The notes beneath the pieces were generated by a model that did no database searches, was not told the DNA's origin, and worked only from the letters and a program-made list of their open reading frames with translations. From positions 1-35,735 of the IMG/VR virus record IMGVR_UViG_3300044695_003817: a stretch of DNA of 35,735 bases; one strand, written 5' to 3'. This stretch comes from a virus (Duplodnaviria; Caudoviricetes). Made by a program: the position numbers and the translations under genes. Positions 1 to 6,846 of the stretch are shown piece by piece (within the stretch, counting starts at the first letter, position 1; each line of letters starts with the position of its first letter).

Positions 1-127
1 GTAGCATGACGATCCCTTCAATGGGGGGTGAACCTAACTCGTCCTTCCTCACACTTTGTGGGGTAGGGGGGTCTTTTGGGTGAACCATATGAATTATGGT
101 GTTTATGAATCATGTTAAAGACATTTA
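1..127. repeat. Terminal direct repeat identical to 35609-35735 (assembly circularisation overlap)
   Basis: Positions 1-127 match 35609-35735 exactly; 127 is a common assembler k-mer length. Confidence 0.95.
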
Positions 128-128
128 G

Positions 129-812
129 ATGATCCACTATCACGGCACACCGATAACACCAAAACACGCTCTTATGAGCATGGCAGGGCAGCACTTCTGC
201 ATTTCTTATTTTAGGCCAGACAACTTGAAAACCTGTTTGCAAATCGGCCAGTCTCTGATGCTAGACAACGGCGCTTTCAGCTGCTTCACCCGCAAGGTTG
301 ACTTTGACTTGCACGGCTTTTATGAGTGGCTAGAGCCTATTCTTGGACACCCTCATTGGGCCGTCGTGCCTGATGTGATAGGAGGCGATGTAGAGACGCA
401 GCGCAAGATGGTCAAGACTTGGCCCTATGGAAAAGCGCTAGGCATCCCTGTCTGGCATTTGGGTCTGCCCATTGACTACCTGTTTGAGCTGTGCGACGAG
501 TGGGGTAGGGTTTGTCTGGGATCTTCTGGAGAGTACTGGCAAGTAGGATCACCCAAGTGGTCTGCAAAGATGGACGAGACTTTTAATGCCTTGTCGAAGA
601 GATCGTCTCAATTGCCCTGGACTCATGGTCTGCGGATGCTAGGCATGGGACACGAACGCTGGCCACTATCGAGCGCAGACAGCACCAACGTAGCACTTAA
701 CCACGGTTATCAAACGGAATGCGCCGGTTGCATGGCAAAGCGCATCAATGCAGCAAACCCACCCACCAAATGGAAAAACATCCCAACACAGGAGACTTTA
801 TGCTTTACCTAG
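129..812 (+). CDS. TGT-fold (DpdA/queuine tRNA-ribosyltransferase-like) base-exchange transglycosylase
   Basis: Ordered TGT-like motifs LDNGAFS, PDVIG, PVWH, HGLR, SADST; adjacent to a VUT transporter. Confidence 0.7.
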   Translation: MIHYHGTPITPKHALMSMAGQHFCISYFRPDNLKTCLQIGQSLMLDNGAFSCFTRKVDFDLHGFYEWLEPILGHPHWAVVPDVIGGDVETQRKMVKTWPYGKALGIPVWHLGLPIDYLFELCDEWGRVCLGSSGEYWQVGSPKWSAKMDETFNALSKRSSQLPWTHGLRMLGMGHERWPLSSADSTNVALNHGYQTECAGCMAKRINAANPPTKWKNIPTQETLCFT

Positions 813-1288
813 CAATCGCAATTTATGCAGTTGCAATGACTGTGGCCAATCTTTTGGTTGCCCAGTTCGGGCCTGCCATAACGCCCATAAACGCTTTTTT
901 CCTGATCGGCCTAGACTTAGCACTTCGAGACTGGCTGCATGTCAGGCTCAAGATGTGGCAGATGGGATCACTGATTGGTGCAACTGGTCTGTTGACCTTT
1001 ATGCTCAACCCTGCCGCCGGGATGATTGCGGTGGCATCTGCTGCTGCGTTTACTGCCGCTGCAATCGTAGACTGGACTGTATTCGCAAAGATTCCGGGTA
1101 CTTGGCTAAAGAGAGCGAACGTCAGCAATGTGGCGGGAGCGGCTGTGGACTCTTTGGTGTTTCCGACAATCGCATTCGGCGTCTTGATGCCGCACATTGT
1201 TGCGATGCAGTTTCTGGCAAAGGTGGTAGGCGGTGCTGCCTGGGCTTATGTCATCAACAGAGTTACATGGAGGAAAAGCAATGTTTGA
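800..1288 (+). CDS. VUT/YhhQ-family (queuosine precursor preQ0/preQ1) transporter-like membrane protein
   Basis: GGAG RBS at 791-794, ATG 800; multiple TM helices; motifs ANL, DLALRD, ASAAAF..VDW.VF, R..SN..GAAVDSLVF..IAFG, QFLAK. Confidence 0.8.
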   Translation: MLYLAIAIYAVAMTVANLLVAQFGPAITPINAFFLIGLDLALRDWLHVRLKMWQMGSLIGATGLLTFMLNPAAGMIAVASAAAFTAAAIVDWTVFAKIPGTWLKRANVSNVAGAAVDSLVFPTIAFGVLMPHIVAMQFLAKVVGGAAWAYVINRVTWRKSNV

Positions 1289-1634
1289 AAGTGGATTCGA
1301 CAGATTCTGGGCAGCATGGCCCAAAAGCCCTAGGAAGGGCGCAAAGGCAGCTTGTTTAGCACGGTGGAAAAAAGGTCTTTACGAACACTGCTCCGACCAG
1401 ATCATCAAGCATGTGGAGTGGCAAAAAACCACAGACCAATGGCGCAAAGACAACGGGGCTTTTATTCCTGCTCCGTTGGTCTACCTGAACCAACAGAGGT
1501 GGGACGGGGCCGAAATCCCCGAGGTCAAAAAACCCGTCTCAATGGCCGAGCAGTACAAAGAACGGGTTGCAGGGACTGTGGCGATGCCTGACCACATCCG
1601 CGAGCGTTTGGCTCAACTCAGGAGGGGATCATGA
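1281..1634 (+). CDS. Replication initiator C-terminal-domain-like protein
   Basis: FDRFWAAWPK..K and IPAP..YLNQQRWD motifs typical of phage replisome-organiser C-termini; GGAGG RBS. Confidence 0.6.
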   Translation: MFESGFDRFWAAWPKSPRKGAKAACLARWKKGLYEHCSDQIIKHVEWQKTTDQWRKDNGAFIPAPLVYLNQQRWDGAEIPEVKKPVSMAEQYKERVAGTVAMPDHIRERLAQLRRGS

Positions 1635-1849
1635 CATATGACCAAGCTCAAAAAATCCTCGACAGGGTGCGAGAGGGTGTTGCCTACCCCTCCGGTGTTG
1701 TGGACTTCGCCCTACAGCTCACCGGAGATCTTGATGCACATGAGACGCACCGAAGCGAGGGAATGGCTACAGAGATACAGACGCAAGGCCAGCCAGGACG
1801 GGGCAGCAGCAGCGCAAGTGTGGTGGGCCGGTATTATTTCGGCAATTGA
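1631..1849 (+). CDS. Hypothetical protein
   Basis: ATGA coupling to the upstream stop; GGAGG RBS. Confidence 0.55.
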   Translation: MTYDQAQKILDRVREGVAYPSGVVDFALQLTGDLDAHETHRSEGMATEIQTQGQPGRGSSSASVVGRYYFGN

Positions 1850-1934
1850 GAGAAAACGCGGGCTTGATGCTGCAACCGAGTTGCGGCGATTGATGAACAA
1901 GGCGAGAGATGAGATACGCAGCACGGGTGGATGA
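1734..1934 (+). CDS. Hypothetical phage protein
   Basis: GGAG RBS at 1724-1727; EAREWL...IERKRG pattern. Confidence 0.55.
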   Translation: MHMRRTEAREWLQRYRRKASQDGAAAAQVWWAGIISAIERKRGLDAATELRRLMNKARDEIRSTGG

Positions 1935-2172
1935 GAACCAGGCCGCCATAGTCAAAGCCCTTCGGGATGCTGGGGCTTATGTCTGGATCATTGGCCTGCC
2001 TGTAGACCTTTTGGTGGGCTACAAGGACAGGACATTGCTGATGGAGGTCAAAACCACCTCTAAAAAGCGTTTAACGGGCCTACAAGCCGACTTTTTTGAG
2101 AAGTGGACCGGAGGTACGCTGTGCAGGGTTGACAGCCCTGAAGCGGCTTTAAGAATGATTGGGGTGATATGA
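1909..2172 (+). CDS. PD-(D/E)XK nuclease, VRR-NUC/Holliday junction resolvase-like
   Basis: RVDENQ..IV.ALR, PVDLLVG, EVK, LT..Q..F motifs. Confidence 0.75.
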   Translation: MRYAARVDENQAAIVKALRDAGAYVWIIGLPVDLLVGYKDRTLLMEVKTTSKKRLTGLQADFFEKWTGGTLCRVDSPEAALRMIGVI

Positions 2173-2498
2173 AACCCGAAGAAGCAGCCCAGACCATCAG
2201 GGATAAAGCCCCAGCTTACGGAGAGGCCAAAGCGCAGCGTGTCTACCTTGAAGAATTCCGCAAGTCAAAAAAAGCACTTCTGATGAAAGACGCACTCAAG
2301 CTAGGCGTAGAAGCAGCAAACGCACAGGAGCGCGAAGCCTACGCAGACCCTGCTTATCACCAACTTCTAAAAGGCCTGGCCCTGGCCATTGAGCAAGAGG
2401 AAACCCTTAAATGGGAGCTGGAGGCAGCAAGGCTTGATATCGAGATTTGGCGTACAAGGGAAGCGACGAACCGGATGCAAGACAGGTCACATCAATGA
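2169..2498 (+). CDS. Conserved helical phage protein
   Basis: Coupled ORF; EREAYADPAY...IEIWRT pattern. Confidence 0.65.
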   Translation: MKPEEAAQTIRDKAPAYGEAKAQRVYLEEFRKSKKALLMKDALKLGVEAANAQEREAYADPAYHQLLKGLALAIEQEETLKWELEAARLDIEIWRTREATNRMQDRSHQ

Positions 2499-3151
2499 AA
2501 GTAGAAATCGGAAACGCCACGCTGTATCTTGGCGACTGCATGGACATTCTGCCAACGCTAAACAAGGTGGATGCGGTGATTACTGATCCGCCTTATGGCA
2601 TTGAGGGGACTTGGAGTGGGGGCAATAGCTCCGGATGGGGAAAATTTAGAGGAGAGGCAGAAAAATGGGACATCAGGCCTGAATGGTTTGCTGATTGGTG
2701 TTTAACTACAGATAGTAAATTAGTTATTTGGGGTGGAAATTATTTCAAGTTGCCGATTTCTGGTTCTTGGTTTGTTTGGGATAAAGTGGTACGGGAATTT
2801 ACGTCAGGACATTGTGAGCTTGCATGGACTAACTTAAAAAAACCAGTCAAAGCATTTAATTGTTCGCATGGTGAGGTGGCAACAGAAGGAAAAATTCATC
2901 CTACACAAAAACCACTAGCTTTAATGAAGTGGTGCATTGAACAAGCTGGAAAGCCAGAAAATATCCTTGATCCATTTATGGGCAGCGGGACAACGGGCGT
3001 AGCTGCCATTCAGATGGGTTGCAAATTTATAGGCATTGAGCGCGAACCAAAGTACTTTGAGGCCGCTTGCCAACGCATGGAGCAAGCTGTAGCGCAAGGC
3101 CAGTTGTTTACGCCGGAGCCAGCAAAACAAAAGCAAGAGGCTATGTTTTGA
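2495..3151 (+). CDS. DNA N6-adenine/N4-cytosine methyltransferase (beta class)
   Basis: GDC, TDPPYG, HPTQKP, DPFMGSGTTG, GIE motifs. Confidence 0.92.
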   Translation: MKVEIGNATLYLGDCMDILPTLNKVDAVITDPPYGIEGTWSGGNSSGWGKFRGEAEKWDIRPEWFADWCLTTDSKLVIWGGNYFKLPISGSWFVWDKVVREFTSGHCELAWTNLKKPVKAFNCSHGEVATEGKIHPTQKPLALMKWCIEQAGKPENILDPFMGSGTTGVAAIQMGCKFIGIEREPKYFEAACQRMEQAVAQGQLFTPEPAKQKQEAMF

Positions 3152-3182
3152 CAGCACTTCAAATTGTGGTCCTACAGTAGGC

Positions 3183-3207
3183 AAAAAAATGCCCGCATTG
3201 CGCGGGC
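3183..3207 (-). terminator. Rho-independent terminator (minus strand)
   Basis: GCCCGC-GCAAT-GCGGGC followed by ATTTTTTT on the minus strand. Confidence 0.8.
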
Positions 3208-3251
3208 TAAGGAGGGTGCAACTACAGATCAAGGAGGATTGACAGTAGTGC
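3183..3251 (-). ncRNA. Putative double-hairpin sRNA with two CCUCCUU anti-SD motifs
   Basis: Minus-strand TATAAT at 3256-3261; hairpin with UCCUCC loop; second CCUCCUU; terminator at the 3' end. Confidence 0.6.
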
Positions 3252-3280
3252 CACGATTATAACCGCTGATAGTGCAAGAA

Positions 3281-3463
3281 TCATAGAAAATTTTTAAATA
3301 AATCTGGCCCGAAATTCCAGCCAAGCATAAAAAATTGGGCGTACATTTTTGCTATAAACCCCAAAAAAACAAGCGCCGCAAAAAATGCCAAGCAAAAACC
3401 CAAACACCATCCAACCATTAAAATAAATTTCCAAATTGATTTGATTAAATTGCTGATTGACAT
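3281..3463 (-). CDS. Small membrane protein
   Basis: GAGG RBS; 60 aa with a long hydrophobic segment; AT-rich. Confidence 0.55.
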   Translation of the reverse strand: MSISNLIKSIWKFILMVGWCLGFCLAFFAALVFLGFIAKMYAQFFMLGWNFGPDLFKNFL

Positions 3464-3681
3464 GCTGCCACCTCGATTAGTTCGATGATTGTTTGATCTA
3501 AAACCGGCATGATGTCTACGTTGCCGATTTTTGCTGTGATTAGCCACGCCGCGGGAGCGCAGCCTGGGCCGCAGGTGGGCGACTCTGGGTCAGTGTTTGC
3601 ATCCTCGCCAGGGTCATATTCAAGCTCGCAATCAAGCGTTATGCCTGACCCGGCATCGTAGAGATAGCTAATTGTTCTCAT
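3445..3681 (-). CDS. Hypothetical acidic protein
   Basis: GGAGG RBS upstream of ATG 3681. Confidence 0.65.
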   Translation of the reverse strand: MRTISYLYDAGSGITLDCELEYDPGEDANTDPESPTCGPGCAPAAWLITAKIGNVDIMPVLDQTIIELIEVAACQSAI

Positions 3682-3683
3682 GT

Positions 3684-3767
3684 TCAAGCCCTCCAGATAA
3701 AAAGATCAGCAAACAAAATAACGATGGCCAGCAGATAGACCAGCCCTAAAACGAGACGATGCGACAT
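3684..3767 (-). CDS. 27-aa single-TM peptide MSHRLVLGLVYLLAIVILFADLFIWRA
   Basis: GGAG RBS; TAATG coupling to the upstream ORF; below the ORF-track cutoff. Confidence 0.55.
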   Translation of the reverse strand: MSHRLVLGLVYLLAIVILFADLFIWRA

Positions 3768-4009
3768 TATTCTCCCCCTAACTGAAAACGGTTTTCCGCT
3801 TCTTGCATTGCTTCCTCAAGGGTTGTGAACCCTTCATCACTTATTTTTTTATTGTTAACTGCCCAAGGCATCTGTCCTGATTTTGGTTTTTTGAGTGCAC
3901 GATAAGCCTGAAAAAATGGACGATTGACAAGATCGTAATGGCGAATCCAAATAAGGCCGCTGTCGTGCATCCAGACTGGCCCCGTGTTGGATTCTTGTTT
4001 TGTAAACAT
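3767..4009 (-). CDS. Hypothetical protein
   Basis: Strong TAAGGAG RBS. Confidence 0.7.
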   Translation of the reverse strand: MFTKQESNTGPVWMHDSGLIWIRHYDLVNRPFFQAYRALKKPKSGQMPWAVNNKKISDEGFTTLEEAMQEAENRFQLGGE

Positions 4010-4066
4010 AATAATTACTCCTTAAAAGACCCTTGCGGGATTGATGGGGCCGAAGCCCCGGTGGTT

Positions 4067-4297
4067 TTATTTGCTAATCATGTAACCATATCTTGCGTGT
4101 CGTTTAAGTTTCAAACCAAGGATTTGGGTAGATTGCTCAACGAACGACCACTCAATGCCAACCTGTTTGGCTTGTTTTTTTGTGATCCAAGTGCAGCCCC
4201 TAATGCTGCCATTTGCCATGCCGTTTTTTACTTCGAGCATCAGGCCGTAAAGATCAGATGGGCCGAGGACTTGGTTGTTGTTTCCGTTTGCTGCCAT
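4067..4297 (-). CDS. Hypothetical protein
   Basis: TAGGAG RBS; ATG 4297 downstream of a promoter cassette. Confidence 0.65.
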   Translation of the reverse strand: MAANGNNNQVLGPSDLYGLMLEVKNGMANGSIRGCTWITKKQAKQVGIEWSFVEQSTQILGLKLKRHARYGYMISK

Positions 4298-4305
4298 GTT
4301 GCTAG

Positions 4306-4388
4306 CTCCTAAAAAGACCCCTTGCGAATTGCTAGGGCATGACTGTATTGTATAGCCATCTAGACGATGTACACTAGGACAAACCCTA
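4306..4388 (-). promoter_or_regulatory. Early promoter cassette copy 1 (TAGGG box, GTNTAG-N4-CTANAC operator, TACAAT, hairpin leader, RBS)
   Basis: Homologous to 31988-32070 and 34415-34492. Confidence 0.65.
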
Positions 4389-4390
4389 AC

Positions 4391-4726
4391 ATGATCCCCA
4401 AACACACCTACGTCAGAAGCAAAAAACTATTAAAGCTGGTGGCAAGCTTGGACTGCCAGCACTGCGGAAGCGGGCACATGGTGCAGGCAGCGCACTCAAA
4501 CATGGCGCAACACGGCAAAGGAAGGGGAATCAAGGCCAGTGACGAATACACAGCCGCCTTGTGCCTGAAGTGCCACTATGAAATCGATCAGGGGGCAAAG
4601 TTTTCCAGAGAAGCCAGACAGACCGCATGGATGGCAGCGCACATCGCAACGGTTAGAAAACTGGTGGACAGCGGGCAATGGCCTGTTGACATACCTATAC
4701 CAAACCAAGCACAATTCATGCGCTGA
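4391..4726 (+). CDS. Zn-binding HNH-like protein (DUF968/Ref-like)
   Basis: CQHCG, QAAH, GRGIKASD, LCLKCH motifs; located before terS. Confidence 0.7.
   Translation: MIPKHTYVRSKKLLKLVASLDCQHCGSGHMVQAAHSNMAQHGKGRGIKASDEYTAALCLKCHYEIDQGAKFSREARQTAWMAAHIATVRKLVDSGQWPVDIPIPNQAQFMR
4686..4715 (+). promoter_or_regulatory. Putative late promoter TTGACA-18-CACAAT
   Basis: Perfect -35 upstream of the packaging operon. Confidence 0.45.
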
Positions 4727-4741
4727 CAGTTGTTAGCTTTT

Positions 4742-4760
4742 GGGGCTTCGGCCCTTTTTT
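4742..4760 (+). terminator. Terminator GGGGC-TTCG-GCCCT-T5
   Basis: UUCG tetraloop hairpin followed by a U-run. Confidence 0.65.
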
Positions 4761-4771
4761 AAGGAGTAACC

Positions 4772-4900
4772 GTGAAAACCCTATTCACAATCGCAGCCCT
4801 GCTGTTTTCTTTTGCAGCCCAAGCCCAGACCACTACCCGGTGCGTTAAGAACTTGGATAACAGCTACACCTGCACCACGACCAGAAATAGTGGCTTCTGA
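4772..4900 (+). CDS. 42-aa secreted peptide (signal peptide plus two Cys)
   Basis: AAGGAG RBS, GTG start; MKTLFTIAALLFSFAAQA-QTTTRC...C; stop overlaps the terS ATG. Confidence 0.7.
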   Translation: MKTLFTIAALLFSFAAQAQTTTRCVKNLDNSYTCTTTRNSGF

Positions 4901-5376
4901 TGACGGCAAAGCGCACTAAACCGGGAAGCGAGGACCGCGCAATCATCAGCCAGGCAGTGCTGGATGGGATGCGAAGCGGCCTAAGCGCGTTTAAGGCGTG
5001 CCAAGCTGCTGGTGTTCCGCAGAGTACTTTTTCAAGGTGGGTTGATGAAGATGCTATCCTTGCGGAAAATTACACGCGCGCGCGCGAGGACTTAATCGAA
5101 CTCATGGCAAATGAGGTACTAGAGTTAAGTGACAAAGATGTCGGACTGCAACCGGACGGTAAAAAAGATTGGGCGGCAGTTCAAAAGCACAAACTTCAGG
5201 TTGATACTCGCAAATGGCTTTTGTCCAAACTTGCCCCGAAAAAATACGGAGACCGGCTGGAGTTGGCTGGCGACAAAGAAAATCCGTTGCAAGTGCAGAC
5301 AATCGACGCATCGAAGTTATCCACAGACACGCTGGCGCAGATCATGGCCGCAAAAGATGCAACTAACGCAAGCTGA
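4900..5376 (+). CDS. terS: Terminase small subunit
   Basis: N-terminal HTH; Y..ARE and KLQVDTRKWLLSKLAPKKYGD (Sf6 gp1-like); precedes terL. Confidence 0.88.
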   Translation: MTAKRTKPGSEDRAIISQAVLDGMRSGLSAFKACQAAGVPQSTFSRWVDEDAILAENYTRAREDLIELMANEVLELSDKDVGLQPDGKKDWAAVQKHKLQVDTRKWLLSKLAPKKYGDRLELAGDKENPLQVQTIDASKLSTDTLAQIMAAKDATNAS

Positions 5377-6823
5377 CTTATTGGCCGTTGAGCGCGAGCT
5401 GTGCAGGCGAAGCCTGGCAGAGTTTGCCAAACGCGCTTGGCGAGTACTTGAACCGGCTGCGGAACTAAAGTGGGGTTGGGCGTTAGATGCCATCTGCCTG
5501 CACCTTGAGGCCGTAACAAACGGCAATATCATTCGGCTCTTGATGAACGTCCCGCCCGGTTCCATGAAATCCCTGCTGTCAGGCGTTATCTGGCCAGCCT
5601 GGGAATGGGGGCCACGAAATCTTCCTGAGATGCGCTTTGTCGGCACTGCCCACGAAGAACAATTGGCCATTCGAGATAGCCGTCGCTGTCGAGACCTAAT
5701 CAAGTCTGACTGGTATCAACAACTCTGGCCCATCGAACTGCTGGCCGATCTGGACGGGAAGCGCGAGTTTGGAAACACAAAGAAGGGCATCCGTCAGGCC
5801 AGAGCCTTCACCAGCATGACTGGCGTTCGCGGAGACCGTGTAATTCTAGACGACCCGATCAGCGCAGACAACGCCAACAGCCAGGCCAAACTGGAAGCCG
5901 CACGCATTGCCTTCACTGAGACGCTGCCGACCCGGATCAACTCGGACAAGTCGGCCATCGTGGTCATCATGCAGCGTTTGAATGAGAAAGACATTTCCGG
6001 CGTCATCAAAGATATGGATTTGCCATACGTCCATTTGTGCATTCCGATGCGATTCGAGCCTGAGCACCGCTGCACCACCAGCATCGGATGGACAGACCCG
6101 CGCACAAAAGAAGGCGAACTGATGTTCCCTGAGCGCTTTGATGAGGCTCAAGTGGCCGAACTGGAGAAAACCCTTGGAACCTACGGCACAGCCGGACAGT
6201 TGCAACAGCGGCCCGCGCCACGAGGCGGCGGTATCATCAATACCGATTGGTTTAAGTTTTGGTCGGCCATGCCTGCCCTTGATTTCCGATTTTTGACGGC
6301 AGATACGGCCCAAAAGACCGCAACGCATAATGACTGGTCAGTGATTCAGTGCTGGGCACGATCCAGCATCGGCCAAGCCATTTTGATTGACCAGATCAGG
6401 GGGAAATGGGAAGCGCCCGAGCTACTGATGCAAGTCCGGGCGTTTTGGTCAAAGCACGTTAACGACCAGCGACCGGCGTACCAAGCGGCCACAGTCCGAG
6501 GTTTGTACATTGAGGACAAGGTGTCCGGCACCGGCCTGATTCAGACCATGCGGCGCGAAGGTATACCTGTGGTTGCCGTACAACGAAACAAAGACAAGAT
6601 CAGCCGCGCCTACGATGCAGCACCATTCATCGAGTCCGGCAACGTGCTTTTCCCCCATGACGTGCCTTGGCTTTCAGACATGCTAGCCGAGGTTTCGGCA
6701 TTCCCGGCTGGTGCGCATGATGACCAACTTGATCCGATGTTTGACGCAATTGCACTGGTTCAGCGTCTGCCAGCACAAAAGCCCGTCGCTTTTACCCCCA
6801 TCGCCAACATGAAAAAGTGGTGA
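5357..6823 (+). CDS. terL: Terminase large subunit
   Basis: NVPPGSMKS Walker A, ILDDP Walker B, IMQR, DTA and HDDQLD nuclease motifs. Confidence 0.95.
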   Translation: MQLTQADLLAVERELCRRSLAEFAKRAWRVLEPAAELKWGWALDAICLHLEAVTNGNIIRLLMNVPPGSMKSLLSGVIWPAWEWGPRNLPEMRFVGTAHEEQLAIRDSRRCRDLIKSDWYQQLWPIELLADLDGKREFGNTKKGIRQARAFTSMTGVRGDRVILDDPISADNANSQAKLEAARIAFTETLPTRINSDKSAIVVIMQRLNEKDISGVIKDMDLPYVHLCIPMRFEPEHRCTTSIGWTDPRTKEGELMFPERFDEAQVAELEKTLGTYGTAGQLQQRPAPRGGGIINTDWFKFWSAMPALDFRFLTADTAQKTATHNDWSVIQCWARSSIGQAILIDQIRGKWEAPELLMQVRAFWSKHVNDQRPAYQAATVRGLYIEDKVSGTGLIQTMRREGIPVVAVQRNKDKISRAYDAAPFIESGNVLFPHDVPWLSDMLAEVSAFPAGAHDDQLDPMFDAIALVQRLPAQKPVAFTPIANMKKW

Positions 6824-6829
6824 GACAAT
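6801..6829 (+). promoter_or_regulatory. Putative promoter TCGCCA-17-GACAAT
   Basis: Same pattern as 8897-8925, 17055-17082 and 22164-22192. Confidence 0.4.
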
Positions 6830-6846
6830 CGGGGAAAGGAACTAAT

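Noticed and set aside
1-127. Biological direct terminal repeat
   Set aside because: Exact 127-bp length fits an assembler k-mer overlap, and P22-like phages are usually headful packagers
719-799. Long N-terminal extensions in the ORF track (also 1233, 2447, 5129, 17071, 30777, 32021)
   Set aside because: Downstream ATGs have an RBS or stop-start coupling; the extensions overlap neighbours or regulatory elements
5074-5085. CGCGCGCGCGCG run in terS as a pac or Z-DNA site
   Set aside because: Encodes the conserved TRARE segment; no independent support
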